Source: Candidatus Saccharimonadota bacterium
Lineage (GTDB): Bacteria > Patescibacteriota > Saccharimonadia > Saccharimonadales > Saccharimonadaceae
Reading direction: 5' to 3'
Assembly (NCBI GenBank): GCA_025349965.1
Contig: CP075337.1
Coordinates: 210,001 to 242,000 of the forward strand
Length of the DNA stretch: 32,000 bases
Shown here one piece after another: positions 24,150-32,000 of this stretch. Below the pieces are notes generated by a model. The model saw only the letters and a list, made by a program, of their open reading frames with translations, did no database searches and was not told the DNA's origin. Within the stretch, counting starts at the first letter, position 1. Every line of letters starts with the position of its first letter. A program made the position numbers and the translations under genes.

Positions 24150-24245
24150 ACAAACAATCGCATTGAGGCACATATGACCTCGTGGATACCAAAGCATGAC
24201 ACAACGATGTGTTATGCAGGGTTGCCACTACGATATGCGTACATT

Positions 24246-24669
24246 TACAGATTGGATAAAAGAGTGAGCAAGCGAGCCATGTAAGCGCCTTTTTTGGTGG
24301 ATACGGGCGCGACAACACAAATAAGGTAACACCTTTTTGCAGAAGAGTCTCAGCAAAGCCGGGCAATTAAAAGGAGCTATGATGCGAAAGCGATATATCT
24401 AGCCCTTCGGGGCCCAAGCTTTCTTCGCGAGCAGAAGGCGCACGGAAACAATTCGCTACGTCGCTAGTAAGATGAATACCCCTAGGAATAATTCAGGGCA
24501 ACCGAATAAAGGGCAGTGACGCCTACATAAATACGGTTCGCATTCGTCGAGTACTGTGATTATGCGTAGTGAATCTCGCATTTAAAACCTGGATTTCCGT
24601 GGCGGGAGGCACGCAGACCTGCAAAGGTCTCTGCACTCCCGCCACGGCAATCACTTTATCCAATCTGTA
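24246..24669 (+). ncRNA. Large structured ncRNA; best guess is a divergent RNase P RNA
   Basis: A long-range helix pairs 24246-24267 with 24651-24669 (15 bp, a 3-nt bulge, then 4 bp). There is a UUCG-capped hairpin (24402-24413), a GAAA-capped hairpin (about 24382-24394) and a 19-bp hairpin (24597-24647). Motifs occur in RNase P order: GCAAAGCCGGGCAA (24353-24366), GUAAGAUGAAUA (24467-24478) and ACAUAAAUACGGUUCG (24525-24540). I did not find the specificity-domain motifs, so the identity is tentative. Confidence 0.45.
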
Positions 24670-24676
24670 TTTTTAT

Positions 24677-24699
24677 ATCCTCCGCGCGGGGATTTTTTT
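24677..24699 (+). terminator. Rho-independent terminator of the ncRNA unit
   Basis: ATCCTC-CGCGC-GGGGAT hairpin followed by T7. Confidence 0.65.
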
Positions 24700-24744
24700 A
24701 TTTCACTTCATGACTATTTAAGACCAGCTCTGTATACTAAGGGT

Positions 24745-26163
24745 ATGAGTCAGACATTTTTCTTCTACGACCTTGAGACATCCGGTCTTGATCCTCGACA
24801 GGATCGTATTATGCAGTTCGCCGGTCAGCGCACAACGCTTGATTTAGAGCCTGTGGGCGAGCCGTATAATATTCTTGTAAAGCTTAATGATGACACGCTC
24901 CCCAGCCCTGATGCGCTCATGGTGACAGGTATTACCCCTCAGCAAACACAGGCGGATGGCTATACCGAAGCGGAATTTGCACAGCTCCTCATTGATGAGA
25001 TTTTTACGCCCGATACTATTACCGTTGGGTTTAATAATATTCGTTTTGACGATGAATTCATCCGTGCACTTTTTTGGCGAACGTTTCGCGACCCATATGA
25101 ATGGGCGTGGCGTGATGGGCGGAGTCGTTGGGATATGCTTGATGTCGTGCGTATGACGCGCGCGCTGCGCCCTGACGGGATTGAGTGGCCGGTTGTGGAC
25201 GGAAAGGCGACGAATCGCCTCGAGCTTCTTACTAAAATCAACGGAATTGACCATTTCAAGGCGCACGACGCCCTAAGTGATGTCGAAGCGCTTATTGCTG
25301 TTACGAAATTAATCAAGGAGAAGCAGGCCCAGCTTTATGAACACCTCCTTGCGTACCGTGATAAAAAGAAAGTGGCAGAGCTGGTTAATCTTGAAGATAA
25401 GCGTCCGTTTGTGTATGTTAGTGGACGCTATGAAGCTGAATACCATAAGGCAACGGTGGCATTTCCGCTTACCGCTGGGCGCAATGGAAATGTGATTGTC
25501 TATGACCTCCGCTATGATCCAACGCCTTTTTTGAGTATGAGCCAGGCCGACCTTGCGAAGAAGCTCTTCGCAACTTGGGAAGAGCGGCAAGCTGAAGATT
25601 TTCAGAAGCTTCCCGTAAAAGAGTTGCAGTATAACCGTGCTCCAGCAGTTGCGCCACTTGGTGTTTTGGAACGGGAAGATGGCTGGGGTCGTCTTCAACT
25701 CGACGCGACTACAATCGAAAAGCATAAAACGGCGCTTCTTTCCGTGCCTACCTTTGCGGAGAATATTCGCGGACTCTTTGAGGGGCGCCCAGAGTTTGCA
25801 AAGCAGACTGATCCAGAGGCGCGTCTGTATGACGGGTTCTTGAACGACCTTGACCGGGTGCGCGTTGAGGCAGTACGCAATGCTGACGTTCGTCAATTGG
25901 CGGATTTTCACCCTGATTTTACAGATGATAGACTCGCAGCACTTCTGCTTCACTACAAGGCGCGAAATTATCCAAAAAGCCTTGCCGAAGATGAGGTGTC
26001 TGCATGGGAGACTTGGCGATCTGAGCGTATCAAGCGTCAGCTTCCTGGCTTTATGAAGCGCCTTCAGGCTCTGGCGGGGATTCATCGTGATAATGACGAG
26101 AAACAATTTATTCTACAAGAGTTACAACTCTGGCTTGAAGGTATTGTCGAAATTGATACCTAG
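24745..26163 (+). CDS. sbcB: Exodeoxyribonuclease I
   Basis: 472 aa. It has the N-terminal DEDDh exonuclease motif FFFYDLETSGLDPRQDRIMQFAG and a later HDALSDV motif. Its length and C-terminal domain are ExoI-like. Confidence 0.85.
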   Translation: MSQTFFFYDLETSGLDPRQDRIMQFAGQRTTLDLEPVGEPYNILVKLNDDTLPSPDALMVTGITPQQTQADGYTEAEFAQLLIDEIFTPDTITVGFNNIRFDDEFIRALFWRTFRDPYEWAWRDGRSRWDMLDVVRMTRALRPDGIEWPVVDGKATNRLELLTKINGIDHFKAHDALSDVEALIAVTKLIKEKQAQLYEHLLAYRDKKKVAELVNLEDKRPFVYVSGRYEAEYHKATVAFPLTAGRNGNVIVYDLRYDPTPFLSMSQADLAKKLFATWEERQAEDFQKLPVKELQYNRAPAVAPLGVLEREDGWGRLQLDATTIEKHKTALLSVPTFAENIRGLFEGRPEFAKQTDPEARLYDGFLNDLDRVRVEAVRNADVRQLADFHPDFTDDRLAALLLHYKARNYPKSLAEDEVSAWETWRSERIKRQLPGFMKRLQALAGIHRDNDEKQFILQELQLWLEGIVEIDT

Positions 26164-26384
26164 GCGACGTGATTTTGAGCGCGGGTTGCGCTTGCAAGAC
26201 GGGCAAGGATAAACCCGGCGATAACGGCATAAAGCATCATCATTGCTGTTGCACTAATGGTGATGTTTGTACCAGGAATGACGCCAGCGAGTATGAAAGC
26301 GGCAAGGGCGTGGCCTGCGTTGAAGGTGTCAAGTATAAGCATACATGCCGCAAGGGTGAAGACGAGAGTGAGTGTTTTTTTCAT
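26160..26384 (-). CDS. Small two-helix membrane protein, unknown function
   Basis: 74 aa with two hydrophobic helices. A GGAG SD lies about 10 nt upstream. Its stop codon overlaps the sbcB stop within CTAG. Confidence 0.5.
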   Translation of the reverse strand: MKKTLTLVFTLAACMLILDTFNAGHALAAFILAGVIPGTNITISATAMMMLYAVIAGFILARLASATRAQNHVA

Positions 26385-26543
26385 AGCGAGCTGCTCCGTT
26401 AATAGTGTCTTTGAATATAGACGTATCGGGGATAATTTGCAAGCATGAGTGGAATAGTTTTTAATATTAATTTTGTCGTAAAAAGCATGTTGACGCCCTA
26501 GTGACTGGAAAAAACGTCAAAATTCTGGTACAATAAGTCCGAT

Positions 26544-29357
26544 ATGGCTGAGGTGATTAGAGTAACGGGTGCTCGCGAGCACAACCTGAAAAATGTTAAC
26601 GTTGAGATACCACGCGACAAGCTTGTTGTTATTACGGGTCTTAGTGGCTCGGGTAAATCGAGTCTTGCTTTCGATACTATCTATGCAGAAGGCCAGCGTC
26701 GTTACGTAGAGAGTCTTTCAAGTTATGCGCGCCAGTTCTTGGGGCTGATGGAGAAGCCAGATGTTGACCAGATTGATGGATTAAGCCCGGCAATTAGTAT
26801 TGATCAAAAGTCGACAAGCCGTAACCCGCGCTCTACCGTTGCAACAGTAACGGAAATCTATGACTATCTCCGTCTTCTTTATGCGCGTATTGGTATTCCG
26901 CACTGTCCTGTTTGTGGCAAAACGGTTCAGCGCCGTACACCGCAAGATATTGTTGATGAAATTATGAAATTTGACGACGGTTCACGCCTCTTCTTGCTTG
27001 CGCCAATTGCAAAACAGAAGAAGGGTGAGTTTGCGCATGTGCCAGAGCGATATAGCCGTCTCGGGTATGCTCGTGCTCGGGTTGATGGCGTGGTATATGC
27101 GCTTGATGAGTTTCCTGAACTCGATAAGAACTACAAGCACGACATTGAAATAGTTGTTGACCGCGTGGTGCTTTCTGCTGATGTACGAACCCGCGTGGCG
27201 CAGTCGGTCGAACAGGCGCTTGAAATCGCCGAGGGTGTAATTCAGGTATTAAACGTTGATACTGAGGAATCGACCATTTTAAGTCAGCGGTATGCGTGTG
27301 TAGACCACCCATCAGAGGAAATTCCAGAACTTGAGCCGCGTCTCTTTAGCTTTAACGCTCCACAGGGTGCTTGTCCTGTCTGTACTGGTCTTGGCAGTCG
27401 GCTTGAGGTAGATCCGGAACTAGTATTTAATCCTAATTTAACAATTGCGGAAGGGGCAATTCGCCCATACAACCGCACCAATAGCGATGCATGGTATATG
27501 AAGCGCCTTCAGGCGGTTGCGGATGCACACGGCTTTAGTCTTCGTGTTCCGGTAGGTAAGATGTCTGACGATGCGGTTCATAAGGTGCTCTATGGCACAG
27601 GCACACAGAAATATACCATTGACCTTGGAAGTGGGCGCTCTTACGATGCCGCCTATGAGGGTGTGATTCCAAACCTTGAACGTCGCTTCAAAGAAACAGA
27701 CAGTGATTTTATCCGCAAAGACATTGAGCGATTCATGCGTGAGCGTTCATGCCACGCCTGTAAAGGTGCGCGTCTCAAGCCGGTTGTGTTGGCCGTCACG
27801 GTGCATGATCTTAGTATTGTTGATGTGATTAGTCTTGGCGTTGAAGATGCACTTGATATGTTTGCCAACAAGCTAAAGTTGACTGACCAGGAGATGATTA
27901 TCGCAACCCAGATTCTGAAAGAAATTAAGGCTCGTCTTGGCTTTATGAATGATGTCGGACTTGGCTACCTTGAGCTTTCACGTGCCGCTAATACGCTTTC
28001 GGGTGGTGAAGCGCAGCGTATTCGTCTTGCAACCCAGATTGGCTCTGGACTTCAGGGGGTACTGTACGTGCTTGACGAGCCTTCCATTGGACTTCATCAG
28101 CGTGATAATGATCGTCTGATTGCAACGCTGAAGCATCTTCGTGATCTTGGTAATACGGTGCTGGTTGTTGAGCACGACGAAGATACAATTCGCGCAGCGG
28201 ATTACCTGCTTGATATTGGCCCAGGTGCTGGTGTTAATGGCGGCCACGTAGTTGCACAGGGTATTCCTGAGGATGTAGCGCAAAACCCAGACAGTATTAC
28301 AGGACGGTATCTTAGCGGTACTGAGAAGATTGAAGTGCCCAAGAAGCGCCGTGCTGTACAGAAAGACAGAAAGCTTCTCATTAAGAATGCGCGCGAGAAC
28401 AATCTGCGTAACGTTGATGTTGCAATCCCACTTGGTGTAATGACCGTCGTGAGTGGCGTGAGTGGAAGTGGTAAATCAACACTTGTGAATAGTATCTTGG
28501 CGAAGGAGCTTTCGGCGCGTCTCCATAGGGCGCACGCGGTTCCTGGTGCCCACGATAGTATTGAGGGAATTGACCAGCTTGATAAAGCGATTGTAATTGA
28601 CCAGTCAGCTATTGGGCGCACGCCGCGTTCAAACCCAGCTACGTATACCGGTGTCTTTACGGCAATTCGCGAGTTGTTTGCAGGGACGCCTGAGGCAAAT
28701 ATTCGTGGGTATAAGGCTGGGCGCTTTAGCTTTAATGTTAAGGGTGGTCGCTGTGAAAATTGTCAGGGTGATGGCGTCATTAAGATTGAAATGCACTTCC
28801 TGCCAGATGTTTACGTAACGTGTGATGTTTGTAAGGGCAAACGCTACAATCGTGAGGCGCTTGAGATTAAGTACAAGGACGCAACTATTAGCGACGTGCT
28901 TGATATGACGGTTGAACAAGCGGCTGAGTTCTTTGAGAACATTCCGGCAATTCACCGTAAGCTTATCACGCTTGTTGAAGTAGGGCTTGGCTATATTAAG
29001 CTTGGGCAGCCTGCAACGACGTTCTCTGGTGGTGAAGCACAACGCATTAAGCTTGCCTCAGAGCTCTCTCGTCGTAACACGGGCAAGACAATATATATTC
29101 TTGATGAGCCAACAACAGGGCTTCATAGTGCGGACGTTAAGCGCCTTCTAGCCATCTTGCAGCGCCTTGTTGAGGGCGGTAACAGTATGGTGATTATCGA
29201 GCACAACCTGGATGTGATTAAGTCAGCGGACCACATTATTGATATGGGGCCAGAGGGCGGAATTGGTGGCGGAGTTGTGGTTGCTGAGGGCACACCTGAG
29301 GATATCACGAAAGAAAAAGCTTCGTTTACTGGTAAGTATTTAAGACCTCTACTTTAA
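26544..29357 (+). CDS. uvrA: Excinuclease ABC subunit A
   Basis: 937 aa. It has two ABC ATPase modules ([18 protein letters not shown]), zinc-finger Cys clusters and LSGGE signature motifs. An extended -10 (TGgTACAAT) lies upstream. Confidence 0.95.
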   Translation: MAEVIRVTGAREHNLKNVNVEIPRDKLVVITGLSGSGKSSLAFDTIYAEGQRRYVESLSSYARQFLGLMEKPDVDQIDGLSPAISIDQKSTSRNPRSTVATVTEIYDYLRLLYARIGIPHCPVCGKTVQRRTPQDIVDEIMKFDDGSRLFLLAPIAKQKKGEFAHVPERYSRLGYARARVDGVVYALDEFPELDKNYKHDIEIVVDRVVLSADVRTRVAQSVEQALEIAEGVIQVLNVDTEESTILSQRYACVDHPSEEIPELEPRLFSFNAPQGACPVCTGLGSRLEVDPELVFNPNLTIAEGAIRPYNRTNSDAWYMKRLQAVADAHGFSLRVPVGKMSDDAVHKVLYGTGTQKYTIDLGSGRSYDAAYEGVIPNLERRFKETDSDFIRKDIERFMRERSCHACKGARLKPVVLAVTVHDLSIVDVISLGVEDALDMFANKLKLTDQEMIIATQILKEIKARLGFMNDVGLGYLELSRAANTLSGGEAQRIRLATQIGSGLQGVLYVLDEPSIGLHQRDNDRLIATLKHLRDLGNTVLVVEHDEDTIRAADYLLDIGPGAGVNGGHVVAQGIPEDVAQNPDSITGRYLSGTEKIEVPKKRRAVQKDRKLLIKNARENNLRNVDVAIPLGVMTVVSGVSGSGKSTLVNSILAKELSARLHRAHAVPGAHDSIEGIDQLDKAIVIDQSAIGRTPRSNPATYTGVFTAIRELFAGTPEANIRGYKAGRFSFNVKGGRCENCQGDGVIKIEMHFLPDVYVTCDVCKGKRYNREALEIKYKDATISDVLDMTVEQAAEFFENIPAIHRKLITLVEVGLGYIKLGQPATTFSGGEAQRIKLASELSRRNTGKTIYILDEPTTGLHSADVKRLLAILQRLVEGGNSMVIIEHNLDVIKSADHIIDMGPEGGIGGGVVVAEGTPEDITKEKASFTGKYLRPLL

Positions 29358-29375
29358 TCGAAGTGAGTGGATAAT

Positions 29376-29404
29376 AAAATAACACCCTGGGGGTGTTATT
29401 TTTT
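29376..29404. terminator. Bidirectional terminator between uvrA and dedA
   Basis: The AAAATAACACCC-tgg-GGGTGTTATTTTTT hairpin is flanked by A/T runs. The dedA stop codon lies inside the 3' arm. Confidence 0.7.
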
Positions 29405-30070
29405 CTTTGCGAAAATAGATTTGATTTCTCGTTTTGTTCCATCCCAGAGAGTTTGACGAGTCTTCTTGTCTTTGAGGATGTGAATCGCCGGAGGAAGTAC
29501 TGAAATGAGAATAATGAGCGCGATGATAGGCAGGAGGACGTGGTCGATTTCAATGCCAGCGTGCTCGAAGAGACTACCGAGAAAATAGCCAGCATACGTA
29601 ATGCCCACCGCCCAGAGAAGGCCGCCAATAATGTTAAATAGTACGAAGCGTTTGTAATCCATCTTTCCGGCGCCTGCGACAACTGGAGCGAATGTACGGA
29701 CTATAGGGATGAAGCGAGCGATGATAATTGTTTTGCCACCGTGCTTTTCGTAAAACTCTTGCGCACGCTTGACGTACTCTTGCTTAAAGAGTCGTGCGTC
29801 TTTACGTTTGAAAATACGCGGGCCAAGTTTGCGTCCGAAGGTATAGCCGACACTATCACCGAGTACTGCTGCGATAAATACAAGAAGTACTGCAAGGTGG
29901 ATGTTTGCAGGAAGAAGGCCTGCGTGAATAAGAAAGCCGGTAGCAAAAAGAAGGCTGTCACCTGGGAGGAAGAAACCAATTAAGAGGCCGGATTCGGCAA
30001 ATACAACAAGGGCAACTCCAAAGATGCTTGCCCATTTAATAAACTCGAGAAGATCAACACCGGGAATCAT
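29396..30070 (-). CDS. dedA: DedA-family (VTT domain) membrane protein
   Basis: 224 aa. It has the FAESGLLIGFFLPGDSLLF motif and the GR/KF..RFIP.VR motif typical of DedA. Confidence 0.85.
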   Translation of the reverse strand: MIPGVDLLEFIKWASIFGVALVVFAESGLLIGFFLPGDSLLFATGFLIHAGLLPANIHLAVLLVFIAAVLGDSVGYTFGRKLGPRIFKRKDARLFKQEYVKRAQEFYEKHGGKTIIIARFIPIVRTFAPVVAGAGKMDYKRFVLFNIIGGLLWAVGITYAGYFLGSLFEHAGIEIDHVLLPIIALIILISVLPPAIHILKDKKTRQTLWDGTKREIKSIFAKKK

Positions 30071-30205
30071 ATTTACTTATTGTACTACGAAAAACTGCTG
30101 ACGTGTAAGATATTTGGTTATTTCAGCTTTTCTTCAGAATCTTTGCCTATACTAAAGGTACAATATCAAATTTCCGTAAGGGTATCCAACGTAAGGAGGA
30201 GAGAC

Positions 30206-30943
30206 ATGGGAGATAAGATTAACGTAACGCTGCAGACACGTGAGCTGCAAGGCAAAAAAGTAGCACGGCTTCGCAAGGAAGGAATCGTTCCGGGGGTTGT
30301 GTATGGACATGGCTTTGAGCCAATTCTTGTACAGTCGGACTATAATCCACTTGATAAGGTGGTGCGTGAGGCAGGCAAGCATAGTCCGGTTTATGCGGAC
30401 ATTGATGGCAAGAAACGACTGACACTTATTAAAGATATTGATCGTGACCCTGTAAAGATGCGTATCCGCCATGTTGCATTCCATGCCGTGAAGGCGAATG
30501 AGGTGGTGCATGCCGAAGTGCCAATCCGTTTGGTTGGCGAAGGTGAAAGCGAGGCCGAGAAAGCTGGGCTTATTGTACTTCAGGCAATTGAGTCAATTGA
30601 AATTAAGGCGAAGCCGGCAGATCTTCCGGAGGCGCTTGAGATTTCTATCGAGGGCTTGCAGACGACAGAGGATAAGATACTACTGAGTGATATTACCCTA
30701 CCTAAGGGCGTGGAGTATGCGGATATAGAGCAAGACCTCGAGCTTGTGGTAGCGAATGTATATGAACCAGCGGCGCTTGAAGCTGCGAATGAAGCAGCCG
30801 CTGGTGAAGCTGAAGACGATCCAAGCACCGTTGAAGCAGAACATGGCAGCGACACGCCACAGGATACGCAGGCTGAAGAGTCTCGCCCGGGCGGAAAGCT
30901 GCAGGATGAGCCGAAGCAATCGAACGTAGATGCCAATAAGTAG
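30206..30943 (+). CDS. rplY: 50S ribosomal protein L25 / general stress protein Ctc (long form with acidic tail)
   Basis: The track ORF starts at 30080. The real start is probably the ATG at 30206 (MGDKINVTLQTRE...), preceded by AAGGAGGAG. It has the motif RKEGIVPGVVYG. Confidence 0.85.
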   Translation: MGDKINVTLQTRELQGKKVARLRKEGIVPGVVYGHGFEPILVQSDYNPLDKVVREAGKHSPVYADIDGKKRLTLIKDIDRDPVKMRIRHVAFHAVKANEVVHAEVPIRLVGEGESEAEKAGLIVLQAIESIEIKAKPADLPEALEISIEGLQTTEDKILLSDITLPKGVEYADIEQDLELVVANVYEPAALEAANEAAAGEAEDDPSTVEAEHGSDTPQDTQAEESRPGGKLQDEPKQSNVDANK

Positions 30944-30954
30944 TAGCGAGTAAT

Positions 30955-30989
30955 AAAAAATAGCCCCCGTGCGTGAGGGGCTATTTTTT
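30955..30989. terminator. Bidirectional rho-independent terminator
   Basis: AAAAAATAGCCCC-cgtgcgtga-GGGGCTATTTTTT. It lies between the convergent rplY and ABC transporter genes. Confidence 0.8.
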
Positions 30990-32000
30990 ATTCTTCTATG
31001 AAGCCGCCAGATTGATGCGACCAGAGCTTTGTGTATATACCCGATTTGTTTTTGAGTAGCTCGGAGTGTGAGCCATCTTCGATAATCTTTCCATTGTCCA
31101 TCACGACAATGCGGTCAAGCTTTGCGATAGTTGAAAGGCGGTGGGCGATAACGATACTGGTGCGGCCTTTCATCAGTTCATCAAGTGCTTTCTGGATAAG
31201 GATTTCCGACTCGCTATCAAGCGCGGACGTTGCTTCGTCGAGGATGAGAATTGGCGCATTCTTGAGAATGGCACGTGCAATAGCGATACGTTGGCGTTGT
31301 CCGCCAGAAAGCTTAACGCCGCGTTCGCCAACGATTGTATCGAGTCCTTCCGGAAGTTTTTCGATGAACTCAAGTGCGTGCGCCTTTTTAGCTGCGGCGA
31401 TAATTTCTTCATTGGTAGCTCCGATTTTTCCATAGCCAATATTTTCACGTAGTGAGCGATGGAAAAGTAATGGCTCCTGTGGAACATAGGCGATTTCATG
31501 ACGCAGGCTTTCCTGAGTTACCTTATGAATGTCCTGAGCATCGATAGAGATAGCGCCAGCGGATGTGTCATCAAACCGAAGCAGGAGCCGAGTGAGGGTT
31601 GTTTTACCGGCGCCAGATTTTCCTACAAGTCCTACCTTTTGCCCTCCGCTAATTGTGAGGTCAAGGCTGTCAAGCGCAGCTGCTTCGGTGTCTGGATAGT
31701 GGTATGTCATGTCATTGAAGGCAATCGTGCCACTCGAAACGGTTAATTTCTTTGCTTTTGGTGCGTCTTTGATTGTAGGGGTTTGCGTGAGGATTTCTGT
31801 CATTGGAGCTGCTTGGAGGAAGTATTTATCGTAGCCGTTGAGCATTTCGCCAAGGCTGAAAAGTTGTGATGCGACACGCTGAAGGTATGCTACCGTAAAG
31901 ACCGCAATTCCGACATCAACGCGCTTTTCAGATAAAAGCCACGCAAGGACGGCAATTGCTATGATCTGTGTAAGGACCGAAAGGAAGAGGCGTGCAGAGC
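30988..32000 (-). CDS. ABC exporter, fused permease/ATP-binding protein (MsbA/multidrug-like); 5' part lies beyond the window
   Basis: It has Walker A GKSGAGKTT, the signature LSGGQRQR and Walker B ILILDEATSALD. The frame stays open upstream of the track Met (31845) to the window edge and encodes TMD-like sequence. Confidence 0.85.
   Translation of the reverse strand, partial: SARLFLSVLTQIIAIAVLAWLLSEKRVDVGIAVFTVAYLQRVASQLFSLGEMLNGYDKYFLQAAPMTEILTQTPTIKDAPKAKKLTVSSGTIAFNDMTYHYPDTEAAALDSLDLTISGGQKVGLVGKSGAGKTTLTRLLLRFDDTSAGAISIDAQDIHKVTQESLRHEIAYVPQEPLLFHRSLRENIGYGKIGATNEEIIAAAKKAHALEFIEKLPEGLDTIVGERGVKLSGGQRQRIAIARAILKNAPILILDEATSALDSESEILIQKALDELMKGRTSIVIAHRLSTIAKLDRIVVMDNGKIIEDGSHSELLKNKSGIYTKLWSHQSGGFIEE

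Noticed and set aside
24150-24700. I considered tmRNA, SRP RNA or 6S RNA for the obg-sbcB non-coding unit.
   Set aside because: There is no tRNA-like acceptor/T-arm (GGUUCGAAUCC-type loop, 3' CCA context) and no resume codon or tag ORF ending in hydrophobic residues. There is no SRP helix-8 motif (GGAA tetraloop flanked by AGCAGC). At about 425-545 nt it is far too long for 6S RNA. The local ACGGTTCGCATTCG only superficially resembles a T-loop.
26490-26520. Inverted repeat TTGACG-N19-CGTCAA upstream of uvrA as a possible SOS (LexA) box.
   Set aside because: The arms are only 6 bp and the spacer is 19 nt. It does not match the known LexA consensus classes I remember (CGAAC-N4-GTTCG, CTGT-N8-ACAG), and it occurs once. 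It is probably just promoter-region sequence.
1-32000. Searched by eye for CRISPR repeats, tRNA/rRNA genes, IS elements, integrases, toxin-antitoxin pairs and known defence-system hallmarks.
   Set aside because: I found no spaced direct repeats, T-loop/anticodon-arm structures, transposase or integrase motifs, or recognisable defence genes. The only repeated DNA is the roughly 80-bp duplicated regulatory module upstream of pncA and pnuC. A computational scan could still find elements I missed.

Overview
This is a gene-dense 32-kb chromosomal segment, about 90% coding, with many 1-11 nt gene overlaps. It uses the standard genetic code: TAA, TAG and TGA each terminate well-supported genes. I found no rRNA, tRNA, CRISPR array, transposase or integrase.

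The gene content suggests a reduced-genome CPR/Patescibacteria bacterium, possibly Saccharibacteria-like. That placement is inference only. It rests on the reliance on salvage pathways, a type IV pilin, a short AlaRS, several leaderless-looking promoters and the absence of biosynthetic operons.

Layout:
- 1-8.4 kb: an NAD salvage island (pncA, nadR, pnuC, nadE, nadD, a Nudix-type regulator nrtR and two histidine-phosphatase genes). It is interrupted by a GC-richer secreted SGNH hydrolase gene.
- 8.4-13.7 kb: tatD, a hypothetical gene, cysteine desulfurase, a DUF218 gene, mnmA, a small acidic repeat protein and a pilin.
- 13.7-21.2 kb: alaS, a convergent orphan gene, then a tightly coupled ftsA / unknown bitopic protein / ruvX / mltG operon.
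- 21.2-24.7 kb: a LysM-CHAP wall hydrolase behind a long structured leader, obg, and a stand-alone structured ncRNA unit.
- 24.7-32 kb: sbcB, a small membrane protein, uvrA, dedA, L25/Ctc and a partial ABC exporter.

Most notable observations:
1. Six copies of a 21-bp palindrome (TTAGTGT-N7-ACACTAA) sit in pairs in all three NAD promoter regions. Together with nrtR in cis they define a compact candidate NrtR regulon that also covers two uncharacterised phosphatases.
2. A roughly 0.55-kb promoter-to-terminator non-coding unit is closed by a 19-bp long-range helix. It carries RNase P-like motifs in an atypical layout.
3. The reading frame of the LysM-CHAP hydrolase, including its only membrane anchor, is open for 145 codons upstream of the first canonical start codon. 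An AGGAG-spaced ATT/ATA is the only plausible initiator.
4. An uncharacterised 558-aa bitopic protein is translationally coupled to ftsA. The pair is inserted into the conserved alaS-ruvX-mltG neighbourhood.

I did not recognise a canonical defence or mobile system.
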